This document shows positions 24,302 to 37,100 of a stretch of 64,000 nt of DNA, one piece after another. Source of the DNA: Pocillopora damicornis (Eukaryota); assembly GCF_003704095.1 (NCBI RefSeq), contig NW_020847607.1:620001-684000 (forward strand), given 5' to 3'. Numbering within the stretch: the stretch's first letter is position 1; every line of letters starts with the position of its first letter. The notes beneath the pieces were generated by a model. That model did no database searches and had not been told where the DNA came from. It saw only the letters and a list, made by a program, of their open reading frames with translations. The translations under genes were made by a program, and so were the position numbers.

Positions 24302-25401
24302 GGCTCCCAAAACCGGATCAATTTCAGAATAGAATCTTTGACACAACTCAGCCTTGACCGTTAACTAACAACGAACCTCCACCCGATCGCAACGGAAACT
24401 TTGAGGTTATACGAAGCACAGAGCCCCCAATTTGAATTTTATATGTTGGGACACCGCACTGCGTCATGGATAAATAACACATGCGCCGGAAGAGGAGCTA
24501 TACACATTACAAGCTATATGTTCGCCTAAAATGGTATTTTTTTTTAAGAAAGATGAGCAGTTTGACCACTTTAAAACTGATTTTGTCTCTGTCTAATTCG
24601 CCTAAAGCACAGTGCATGTAATCTGATTGACTAAAATGAAACAGCGCCATTTTCTAAAACAATTTAGCATAAAGTGAAATCTTTTCAGGACTTGATCACG
24701 AAAATTTCAGAATAAAACCCCTGTCGGCTTTTCATCAACCATTCGATCTGTTTTTATTTGCATGATTTCTCCGCTCTGTTGGATAATCAAGCAACAAGAG
24801 TGAAACAATCGAGTGAGTAATGAAAAAGGTTCATACCATAAAAGGCTAATAGGTTTCAAAGTAAAAAAAAAAAGGGGAAGGCGTGAAAGACTTCTCCTTG
24901 TCATATTTTAGGCAAAATGTTTTCCTCTTTAATTAATACGTTTTTTAAGATTTGATTATTTAGAAGCGAGTAAATCGACAAAGAGAAAATTATTTGAACT
25001 TATCTGGAAGCAGATCACATTAAAAGCAGATTAATTACTTATCTATTAAATTGCACGTCCAGAGAAATGAAAGTACAAATTTCCTAATGAGTTGTTTCCT
25101 TCCGCGAAAACGTCCCTCAGGCTCCGCCGAATACATAGAGAAATAATAACTGTTTTCTGGATTTCACCGATAATTACTACGTCTGTGTACTTCACTTTTA
25201 GATTTGAGATGTTGGTCAGCCTAGAGCCTGGTTTCATTTTCCCAAGTACGGCTGTCATATTTGTTGAACGTTTCTGGCGAAAAATAAACTTGGGTAACAT
25301 TGAATTACATTGACATCGATTAGCTCAGTGCATTTGCTGTATAAGTAATTTACGAATGTTGAAAATTTCCTTTCTTGAGCATAGAGAGGGTGGTACTTTC
25401 C

Positions 25402-26335
25402 TTAACTATAGGGAATTTCATTGAAATCCAGCATTGCTACTGGTTTGGACAGATCGTTTGGGCTTTTTACACCAGCCTTTGAACTTCTCCTGTTATTCCG
25501 TGTCCTTCTCGGTTTTAACTTACTGAGTGGCTCTTTAAAGATAGGCATCCTAAAGCTATAAATAACTGGATTTACGAACGAGCTCGCTATATTAAAAAGT
25601 GTTGTAGCATAGAGAGCACCCATAGATATACGACATTTACATACGGCGTACACAAAGTATAGAATGCTCCCCGGCAGCCAACAAACACAAGAGGCAGCTG
25701 TTACGATGCACAAAGTCTTCGATAGTTTTATGTTTTGTTCGACGTTATTTCGACTATTTCGATTGATAGCCGGGACATCTCTGGAATAAAGTTTATTCCG
25801 AATGCTCCAATAGCTGCCGCAGATTATGGCCAGAGCGGAAAATATCATAGAGCAAATAATGTACTGAGAGATTTCATGACTCCACATTTTGGCTGTATCT
25901 AATAAAAGTAATGCACCCACGAATCCGCCGATAACCCAAACGGTGACAATACACCAAATGTACGATTTGTTCGAGGCGAGCCGATGGCGAAGAGGACAAA
26001 CCACAGCATACGCACGTTCCAATGAGATAAGAACAAGAAAAAATAAGGACGAACACGAAAACATAGTAGGAATTATTGCAGAAAAATCATCTTGGTTTGA
26101 TACGAGGACTTCGTCTGTTTTATTTCCTTGAAATTGCCCCTGTTCCAATGGCGATTGGTTCAGTAGCGCCAACAAGGAGGTCAGCAATGGCCAGGTTTAT
26201 TAGAAGAAACGAGGTTCGCTTCAGACGAGCACGATAAATCCAGAACACATAAATTGTAAAAATGTTCCCGATTAGAATAAAAACGCTTTCAACAGAAATT
26301 ATGCTGCAAATAATGACTACTGCAACGTTTGTCAT
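25402..26335 (-). pseudogene. Class A orphan GPCR 8 with frameshift after TM2 (~26145-26120)
   Basis: TM1-2 (GN, NLAIAD) in ORF 26335-26120; TM3-7 (SLERAY, CWLP, NPVIY) in a different frame, ORF 26187-25402. Confidence 0.8.
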
Positions 26336-26589
26336 TGTACGACACGCAGTTAAATTTCGTCTTCAAGATTTTTCTATAACGCTGCAGTGAACAGTTTTGA
26401 TGCGTGCTTTTTAGAAGAGACGAACGTAACAGCAATACAATGATAATAATTCAAAATCACATGGTGTGATATCTGATTTTCTCTCTACAGTCTTTTAACG
26501 CAGTTATTTGCATAACCACTACAAGATCACTTTTTCAGCCAAATCCTTTGATTTCATTGGCTTCTCGACTTGCTAAATATACAAATGAC

Positions 26590-26591
26590 TG

Positions 26592-26627
<36 letters not shown>

Positions 26628-26742
26628 TCAGGGGGAGAGTATAACAGGTAATTTGGTACTATCAGCTGAGTTGATAACGTAAATAGGCCACCGCAAAACG
26701 TTTCAAAGCCGACGTTTCGAGCGTTAGCCCCTCGTCAGAGCC
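26590..26742 (-). mobile_element. ~150-bp repeat carrying a hammerhead ribozyme core (Penelope-like/retrozyme-type)
   Basis: Reverse complement aligns with 57494-57645 over its whole length. Confidence 0.75.
26707..26742 (-). ncRNA. Minimal type I hammerhead ribozyme motif
   Basis: GGCU-CUGACGA-G-GGGC-UAAC-GCUC-GAAA-C-GUC^-GGCU: intact CUGANGA and GAAA boxes, 4-bp stem II, palindromic ACGU helix III, GUC cleavage triplet. Confidence 0.7.
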
Positions 26743-27713
26743 AAATATACATTTATCCTAATAAATGTAGCTCGTGAGTACTGCATACATCAATCAAATC
26801 TGAAATTGTTTTAAATTACTTGTCAAGGATAACACTACAAAAAGCATTTGCGCTTGATCGCCAACATCGTAGGAACATCATAGGCCATTTCCTCAAACAT
26901 CACATCTCCACATTTGCTGCTTTTCCAGCGAAAATTTATTGATTTGCATATAAAAATTTGGAATCACACTTTTTTTATGCAGCTCGTCAGATTATAAAGA
27001 AGGTTCACAGATTTAGCTAAAAGGGCAGCTGAGTGGTATAAATTCATTATAGAACCGAGAGAACTAAAATATCGAAAGTTTTCTTGGCTAAGAAGAATGC
27101 ACGTTTTTTTCATTTCCACTTCGCTATATAAGTCAGATTGCATAATAATTTATCCGAATGAGAAGTGGAAGGAAATTCTCAAGTGGGACTCCACATTTAG
27201 AATCTGGAGCAACTGGTTATACTTGAGGGAGTCCCCACAAGACCAAACCATCATTCATAGGTACAGTTAGCAGTTGAACGTTCCGTCGACCATGTTTATA
27301 ATAGGTCAGTTCCCAGGCCCTCTCATATAGGTGTCTCGATGACTTAGCCCACATAGCTGGTAAATTCGTGTGCTTAAACTCAATTGCGCAAGCGTGCCGC
27401 TTTGTATTCCCATTATGCAAGTTGACGACGTTTGTAGATGCACTGAAGCACGGGAGGAATTTCTGTTAACGTAGCATGTAAATAACCACGTTAAAAATGT
27501 TATGAAACTATTGATCCATGCGTCAGTTGTATTTTAATCTAGATACGAATTACTTGAGAAGTTTGAAGAGCAATCGAGAATTATTTAACCCCTGAGCATC
27601 TTTCTCTCACTCCGAACTTTCTGCGTGCCTCGTGTCACAGTGAACGCGCAATAAAGCATGACCCACTTTTAAATTACGAACCAAGACGAGGGGAACCTTT
27701 ATAAAGAGCTTTA

Positions 27714-28134
27714 GAGCCTATTTATACGGTCTCCGGTACCTTAGGAGACAACCCCCCAAGTCGAGTTACCCTGGCCGAGCTAACTTGTTACTAATCTGTT
27801 TAAGAATTCAACCAATCGCGTAAATGACATTACACGAAAATGGAAAACCTGTCTCGGGGAGCAAGACAACTCGGGAGAGAGAGGTATCTCGCCTTAGCAG
27901 ATAGGGTAATCCTATCACGGGGGACAACTTTTTTTCACATGAACAGTTTAGCTCGTCTGCACGAGTCGACACGGCTTAAATTTTGTCCAATATGTTTCCT
28001 GCATAGGTTTTACGTTTTGGACTATGGAAGGGGCAGCTGCTACAACTCGTAACTCCATGTAAACGCTCCATACAGGTGTTTCGCGCAGGAGGGTTGTCTG
28101 AATAAGTATCCAGCTTGACTATATAAATAGGGTC
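27714..28134. mobile_element. Non-autonomous PIF/Harbinger-like MITE
   Basis: Termini gagcctatttata / tataaatagggtc are near-perfect inverted repeats flanked by TTA on both sides (27711-13, 28135-37). Confidence 0.6.
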
Positions 28135-31100
28135 TTATAATGTAAGAATCAGTCAAAATTCGTCATCTTACGGTTAGTTACGAATTTAAGTAACGTGAAA
28201 TAATGTAACGAATCTCTCTATTAATTTTGGCTTTCTTGAGGTACTTACAAAAAGATAAATAAATAAACATCAGAAAGTAATTTAAAACCAACCGTTAGGA
28301 AAACCGAATATTTTCGCCTCCATTTCACACGACATCACTACATGTACACCTTACCTATGAAGGAACAGGCGGGTCATTGATGAAAACTGATGAAATTGGG
28401 TTGGACTATTTTGGAAGAATTTTGGAAAAGCTCCTCCCTCATGGCACGTTCTTGACAGAAATACCGTATTCAGATCATTTACATATCAACTCATTAATCA
28501 GTATGAATTTAACTCCTAACAATTCTTCGGTAAAAAGTTCAAATTTGCAACATGCACTGACGGAAAATGTTAGCAGACGTTTAGGAATAACGTCGGTTAC
28601 TGAATTGTACCTCTTTCAGTTTGAGTATGTTGCCTATTGCCCAAGCTGATTGACTTTCTCTATCTCTGTGATAACGAATATACCGCTAATGAAGAGGTCC
28701 TATGACGAAATATAAAAAATTAGTTTTCATTCGAAATGCGCAATAGTTATTAAATGTACAGAGTCAGGCTTAAATTAGTGTCATGTTTTACTGGTAGTTG
28801 TAATTAAGTCTTGATGTACACATTATTTAAAAGATGAAAATGAAATGATCAACAATTGTATTTTCAATTTTTTTTTTCATTTTTGACAGTATCGCACAAA
28901 CGGATTCCCTTTAATCTCCTGATGATTCTGGTGTAATTCGAATGAAAACCAGATTACCTTCCAATAAGGCTCTCATGAGGCTGAATATGGTCTTCATTTT
29001 CAATTATTTCGTTACAGTGGTGTCAGGTGTTGTAAGTTAAATTGCAAATACGCTAAGAAGTTTTAATCACGTTTTAACGCCCCTTACAGCTTACGAGCTA
29101 TAATCTAAAAGCTATTCCAGGTCCTGTTCTGAACATATCAAAAATAATAAGATCCCCGACGCAAGTCCTCAAAAAATTTTTTGTTTCTTTCATCGACTCA
29201 GTTTTGAGTTTTGAGAAGCGAATGAGATACGTGTTTATATTACGTAAATTTGCAGGTGGAAAAATGCGGTCGGCTTTTAGAAAAGAATGGACCATTTAAT
29301 GAGTATTGTGTGACAATTATGTATTCCTCTTTTGACAGCTTTCGTAGATAAGGCACATTCTGTACCTCACGTATAGGAAAACGTATCGCCCCATATTCAA
29401 TTTCACCAGCATGGTGGAGGTTTGTAAGGTAAGTATAAAAACAGCAGTTGAAGACTGAACACGAACGTGAGTCATCTTAAAAATGAGAAATCATGTTTTA
29501 TGTTACCTTTGTTACAAACTGTATTTTCCTCTGCGCCACTGTAAGCCAATTTTGAGCGCAAATCTTAATTACCAAGTTAGAGTTAATCATATTCTAAAAT
29601 ATCCGTTAAGCTGAAGAGCCTGTTTCTAGTTTTAAAAAACTGAAAATTCTTTAACATCACAAAGAACCGCCTCTTTGAAAACTGACAAAGGTTGAATGAA
29701 AGGTTTTGCCGTAAATTCTGTCATTAACGACAGGTTTACAGAGCTTATAGTTTTAATATTTTGCCAATTTTACAATAGTAGTCAGCGAGTATTCATGTGT
29801 TGATTGCGATAGTCTTACATACAGCTTTTTTTCTCTTTCTCTCTCATTTAGTTTTTTTCAGTTTAATCTTTGCTGAAACAACGTACTGACATTTCACAGC
29901 TGTCAGAGACAATTTCATTATCGAAAATTTTACAAAAGGCAGTATTTCACAGCAACAAAATGCCAAATAACGGTTTCCGAGGTGTTGCTAAAGTCACTGC
30001 AATATAGCTACGGTAATACAGTGCGATCAATTGAATTCGTAATTACTTATTCTTTTTAAGCGAAAGAAAAGCTCTTTGCAAATAACGTGACCATTCCAAA
30101 AAAAAATTTAGTCATCAGTTTATTTATTATTCAGTATCAAACACCGCTCTCCATACAACCGACCGAAAATACGCCCTCTTAGTTAAGGTCTGTAGTTCAT
30201 TCGATCTTATTGAGAGGCAAATTAATGCGGAGGCCATTACGGTTGAATGTTTCATGCAAAATGACACGATCTAACTTTCTTTTCATATTTATTAGTAGGT
30301 TTCCCACTGTATTTAGACCTACTGTATTATTTTTCCCGCAAACTATTAGTTCAGAGTGAGTTCAACTACTTAAACAAATGAGATCGAAAAGGCAAAGTGA
30401 AGCTGGTTGTTGCATGAATATTTCATGTTGAGTTGACAAATACCCGAACATTGCTTAACCGAACTTCTCACCATTATCGAGGAGATATTAAAAAGTGTAA
30501 ACTCTTAAAATAGTACGAAGGAAATTGAAAGACAAAGAATAAAAAACAACTTTTCCTCTTATCATCGTAGAGGCTTTAAAATTCGTTATCTTAAAGTTCA
30601 AATTTTGAGGTGGCATTTCATTTGTTTGTTTATATTCATTTCTACAAGCAAAATTCATATTTGTAAGTTTGGAAAACTTGTGAAGCTACAATGCAGGCAC
30701 TTGCAGTTTCGAGCGAAGAATTAATCATTTATATATATCTATTGGTAAAGCATAAAGTACAGGTTAATAGGTTCACTCTTGCAAACCTTTGAAATCTAAT
30801 GCAGATATTTTCCAGCTGGTTAAATAGTGTGACATATTACATGTTTTAATTTCTACAGGACATAATTAGCCTTGGTAAGTTAACTTGATGATTTTAAAGC
30901 TCAAACTCTAAAAACTCAAATTGTAAAAGAGAAGGTTCCAACAATGCTATCTTTACCAGCAGTATTTAACAAATAAAGCCTTGAGAAAGCTAGAGTTTAA
31001 ATACATCCAAAATATTTATTGCGCGACCGAGCTACGTTTTAACTAAAGCTGCACAGAATAGTATGATAGCATAATGTAGTTGTAGCATCATCTATTATTC

Positions 31101-31169
31101 ATGAGTAAATTATATAACCATTTTCAGCCTTTAACAGTGTTTTCCTTCATGCGAATCCTTGTTTTGCAG

Positions 31170-34100
31170 ATGCAGCGAGTTGCTTTGTTGCTCCTGGGAT
31201 TCATGGCCAGCTGTGAAGGTAAGGCAACAAACGTTTTAAAATATTGGATCACGTTGAAGGCTCATGATCACAGGGTTTAATTTGTTAGTTTATTTTTTAT
31301 TGTTTGTTTGTTTGTTTTCATATATGTTCCTTTCATTTTAAGATTATTTATTGAAGATTCAACTATAGTAAAATTCCGGACTAAGGGCCGACGGATAATA
31401 TCAGAAAACAATTTTCCTTCAAACTGACCTCTCTAAAGAAATTCCTGAGAGAAATTTGGACAAAGCGATACGAAGACTGATTTTAACGTTCGAGTCCAGA
31501 ATTGGAGTACAAAGTTTAAGATCCAAACACCAAATCATTATCGTTTAGTTTTCGTTTGTTTTTCCTTTTTACGCTGTTAAATGTTCATTTTGTATGGCCC
31601 GTGTGGAATTTATCAGGACAAAAAAATATTATGTAATTTATTCGTATTAGTATTCAACGTTAGGTTTAGTCATTTTCCGTTGATAGAGTTAGTTTTTCAG
31701 TCATTTTAGTTTCGCTTGTTATTAGCGGTGGTTTGTTTTCGCAAATCGCGGTTTGGAATTGCATGAAATGGATCCGAAAAACATGATACAGCAACTAATT
31801 TGTGTGTTTCGTTAAGTTCACTCTTTTCTTTTATTAGCTATATTTCGAAATTTTGTGTTTAAAGCTTTCTGTTTTAGTTTTAATCACAATTTAATCTCTA
31901 CACCATAAACGGAGTGGCCATCAGGGTAGAATCTTGAATAAAAGAGAGTTAAAATTGTATGGTAGATATATTACTCGTCTAAAACTTAGCAACAAAATAA
32001 GGTCTCGTTTAAAATTTTTCTCGGGTACAAGTGCACCCTGTTAGGTTACTTACTCGACTCGATATTTCTCAGGGAATAGATAGCGAGTACTATAGCCAGT
32101 AAGGATGCAGCATTTGTTTTAGAACGCCAGTGGATCTATATTAATTATTACATTCGTGTCTGTCATTCTAGGACTTTCACATCTTGTTGGATACTACCCC
32201 CTGAATTTCTCAAGTAAAGCAAATGACTACAGTCCGTCTAAGAATCCAGCAGGGATCATCTCCAATGCTCAGCCTGCACTGGGGCATTATGGCGAAGTTG
32301 GTGGATCGTATCAGTTCACGGGAGCGCGCTCACCGCCAAGTTATATCTATCTTAATGAGTCATATCATTTAAATACGAGGTAAATTAGGTGTTTTTATCA
32401 TATAATATCTATTCGGAAAGGTAATGTAAGGCTGAGAGGCCATTTGCCAAACCCAGCCGAGCTTATGTCAGTTTCTGTAGCATGAAGCGACGAGGGTTTT
32501 TTCCACCTCCCTCTCCTCTCCTCCCCTTCCCCCTCCCCTCCCCTCCGCTGGAAGGGATGCTAGTCCATCGCAAGTGACCCACTCCTGATCTCCCTGACAG
32601 CTATCCGGTGCCCTCCTATAATCGTGAATGGACAGACGTAAGGGTAAAATGGCTTCCTAAGAGCACAACACAATTATCTGGCCAGGGGTGGGAGTTGGAT
32701 ATTTTGATCCGGAGTACACCTTTTCCACTGGCTCGTCGCGCTCCCTTCAATCAGGAAGGTACTTGTAACATAATTTCGAGGCGCATGACCAGATATTTTG
32801 AGTCTAACAATAATTTAAGAGATAGAGGGCAGGATTTCCCTAAGATTCAGTCTCCAAACGTAATGCTCTCCTGGTGTTTGACAAAGAGACTCTTTGCTGA
32901 AGCGAAAGACGATATTACTTTTATACCATATCGAGTAAATAAGCTAACATGATGACTCAGTCGTCAAATAAGTTTACCGTGTTAATACGCAAACGTTTCA
33001 ACTGGCACCAGTGACGACAATGTCTGTCGCATGGAGAACTCTTAAAATTAGATGAGAACGATAAAACTTATGCCCCTTCGAAGCAATTGAAATCCTTCCT
33101 GTATTGTGCCCTCCTTATCTTGCTTTTCAGATTCTCTATTACACTTCTCGTCTGGGTTTTTCCACAAGGCAGAGATGGAGAAATTATTTCCTACTGGAAA
33201 AACTCAAATTACGGAGTGAGTATAACACTTGAAAACTCTCGCCCAGTCTTCCACGTCAATTCTCTTGATCGGATCACGAAGTACTCCGTAAAAAGTAAAA
33301 ACAACCTGTTGCTGAATGAATGGAGTCACATCGCTGGGGCATATGACAATGAGAGTCAAGTGGCAAAACTTTACGTGGATGGAATAGAAGTGGCAAACGC
33401 AACAGCAAAATGGATTCCGGAATTAGCGACAGAGTCCCCTTTGTGGCTTGGGTACCTGTTCAAGGGAAGGCTGTCCCAAGTTTGGGTTTTCAAGAATGCT
33501 CTTTCTTTGTATGATGTATCTCAAATAAAAGATTACCATAGACCATCAAGCTCAAGTAAGCAGACATCCAGTTTTGTTAATTTGTCTTGCTTGGTTTGTC
33601 TCAATGTATATGTTTTGCGGGGTATCACTCCTTAGTGTATGTATGATTCAAACAAAAGACAAATACAGCTGAGCTACGGTAATTTACTTATGAGTTTTCT
33701 TTAGTTAAACAAACTCGAAACACTACTCAAGAGGACTTTTTTAAATTTTACAGGTTTATCGACTGCTATTTTAACACCAGTTGAATTATTACCAACATCA
33801 TCTATGACACCCTCCAACAATCCATTTCCAAACACGATTATCAATCCAACGATAGTCAAGGTACCCAATCCAACGAAAAACACGGAACTCAATCCAACGA
33901 TTACAAGATTGTCCTATCAAGCGACGATTCATAACACGTCAACTGTCAATCAAAGCTTTACGTACGCCACACCCGCTGTCAATCAAACTTTTCAGTACTT
34001 TACGCCCACTGTAAATCAAACTCTTCCGCTGACCGCCTTCCAGACGGCACCATCGGATGCATCGGCAACAGTAAAACAGAATGCTACGTCGGCAAGTCTA

Positions 34101-37100
34101 ACTTTCAACATTACACCATCTCGTACGATTGCTTCGCAATCGATACTTGGAAGTAGTATAAGTCAAGGTAGGGTTAGTGTATTTATTGTGTATTTACGTG
34201 TTAAATACTAACAAACATGTAAAAGGGAAGTTTCGATTCTAGGGAACGGGTAAACACCGCATGCGATCGTCTCGTTAATCGTGCTATGTGAAGTTAATTA
34301 TTACTCCCTCAGATAAGATATTGTGCCATCAAAGGGCATGGCCTCTCCTCTCGTATTTCGTCAGGTTTACTTGACAGTTGGTTGGCACACTGATTTTAGG
34401 CCGAGAGAGGCATGGTGAGAGTAAAGTGTCCTCCCTAAGAACATAAGTGTGAAGGTACTTATTTGAGTAATCTCGAGTTCAAGGCCTATACCCAGAGGCC
34501 ACCGCGTCTCTTGCGATTAATGTACCGGGAGATTTTTCCGGATTTTTAATGCAGATTAAAGAAGGCGGGTATGGTGATAAAAAAAAACCTGTGATTGCGG
34601 ATGCATGATTCTCGGACCGTACTCTTCAAAATTTGTGTTATCAGTCCTGAATCCGAGGGAGGTCCAAAATGGTACTTTTAATTTCAAAAACTAGGAGCCA
34701 AGTTTGACACGCGTTATTTCTTTTGTCTCACAGTCCAGCCCCTCAGGTGTTATGAGTCCTTATGCCAAGGATCAATGATCAATTGCAGTGAAAATAACTT
34801 GAAACAAAGAGTTTGTGAGCCGAGTGACGATCGATGTGCCTGGGCCTATACGCGACTTAATTCAAGTTTTCAAGTTCTGCACATGAACTGCACTTCAAGC
34901 AATTTATGCAAAGACGCTGGCCCGTCATGTGATCTGCTGATGAAAAACAGAGATGTGTGCTGCGACTATTTGTGTTGTGACTCACCACTTTGCAACAAGC
35001 CGAAATATTTGCAAGGTAGGCTAAGTTCGCGTAAAAAGCCTACAACGAAGGCGTCTTTGCATACACTGATTGTGGCTCCTTTGACCGGCTGCGGGGACTA
35101 AAGGGGGAGGAGAGGCAGTAATAAAAAACACAGGTTCAAAAAAAAGGAACTTACGTCTCACGTGTAGTATTATCGTTCCTATAATTTCTAAACCAATTCG
35201 GAATAGAGAAGTTTTTCGAATGAGTGTCGCTAGCGCAGTTTTTAAATGAGTGTCGAACGTAATCTGAAATTTCTTTGGTTTTGCCTCATTTTGCTTTGTG
35301 ATTGGTCCAGGAAAAATCGCGTCAACCAATCAGATGCAAAACTAAAACCAATCACGTCTTAGTCGCCCGCGTTTTCCCGCGCGTTTTTTTACTTTGAACC
35401 CTCATCGGTTCTTCAAGGTGTTTTCCTTATTTCTGATTGGCTGTTGTAATTGGTTTGGTTTTGGCTTTACGACAATCCAATCAAAAAGCTCTCTAGCTGA
35501 TATCAAGTGCAGAGAAACACAAGGGACTAAGTCGCGCTTGAATTCAGTTTTGCAATTGATTGATTCATAAGCGAGGGAGCAGGAGTTCAAGTTAAACAAT
35601 CAGAGAGCGTAGAAAAGCAAAACCAATGCAATCGCGGGTTATTTTCAAAACATGAGTGAAAAGGGCTTAAAATTATGTGTAGTCTGGTTGATCGATTGCT
35701 CTGAGCCGGAACAAAAAATACAACAAAAGAAACAAAAAGAATAGAGCCTAATTTTTGAATGGTCTAACCCATCAATTAGCAAGTTTTTTTCATTCACACT
35801 TTTTTCAGGTGGGAAGTCGTGCAAAAGAAAACCCGATCTCGTCGCGGTCATCTACGGAGGCATTGAGGTCATCCGAGGACATAACGAAAGCATCACAATG
35901 AATGCGTCGCTTTCATATGACCCGGACGTTGGCATCGGTGACTACTCGGGAATGAACTTTACCTGGTTTTATGGCGAGATTACAGGCAATTACACCGGCC
36001 TACAGACAGCTACGAATGATAGTCAGACAGGGTTAGACGAGTCGATTATTCGTTATTTTGGGAACGATTCTGGTATAGAAATCACCTTTAATACAGCACC
36101 ACTGCTCCTCAACAGGACATACGTGGTTAAACTGGTTGTCTCTAAAGACTATCGCGACTCGAGTGCATATCAAATTATTCAGTTGGTGAAAGGAGACCCA
36201 CCTGAAATATACCAACGGTAAGCGAGTTGTTTTGTGCCGTTCAGTCAGATTGAATTAAGCAACTGTTAACAAAATTCGTTGTATTTACATACACAGTTTT
36301 AGATTGCCGCTGGTTAAGTGCAGTGGGCGCGGTTTCCCACACCATTTTTACCAAGTTTTTTTGACGGAACGATTTTAAGGTAGTTCTGAGAACGTAGTAA
36401 CTACGAATCATGGGATAGCTCCTCATAAGTAGAATGCTGTAGTCGTTGTTAAAAAAGTTCAAGCATTCTGGACGCATTCAAGTGATTGTGTTTCTTTCCC
36501 CTAAGCGCAGCTGTCCGCCACACAACCGTTAAGGTTAGAAATGAATATTGTTTACGTTAGAAATTTTTCTCCCTCGTCAAAAGCAATTGAAATACTTAAT
36601 TGACTATTAACTTGCCTATCCTTGACGAGCAAGTTTCGTCATGCACCTGAGCCAAGAGCCATCCAGCTTAAGCCGGCGACATACCCGGCGATTTAAACGC
36701 CGATCGGCAAAAATCGCCAGGTGTGCTCGATGCAATGATTGCGATTTTCCCCGATCGCGGCGATCAAATTTGCCGCGATTGGCCGATAAAATCGCCAGGT
36801 GTGTCGCCGACTTAACTCTCCAGTTATTTGTCATAATGTTTTGCCATTTTTTATTTTTAAGATGCCTAGTAAACTGTGGACTGAAAGTTGTTCCACAAGT
36901 TAAACTCAGTATTCAGTCACAATGCCAGGGGTCCCTGTGCTCCAATATATCTTCGTATGAGTGGATACTCTATGAACAATCCTCTTCATCTGCAAACAAC
37001 GGCATCTGGATTCGAAAACAACATTTACAGCTTATCACAGACACACCACTCGGTTCAAGTAATATCGTCATCAAAAAAGGTTCCCTCTCTGGGAGAACAA

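Noticed and set aside
28686-28716. Hammerhead-like AUGAAGA-G-GUC(CUAU)GAC-GAAAUAUA
   Set aside because: The invariant C3 is missing and there is no convincing helix I; may be chance or fully decayed
36641-36861. Arg-rich N-terminal extension of ORF 36641-37519
   Set aside because: Translation through an intronic MITE; the real exon starts at acceptor 36862
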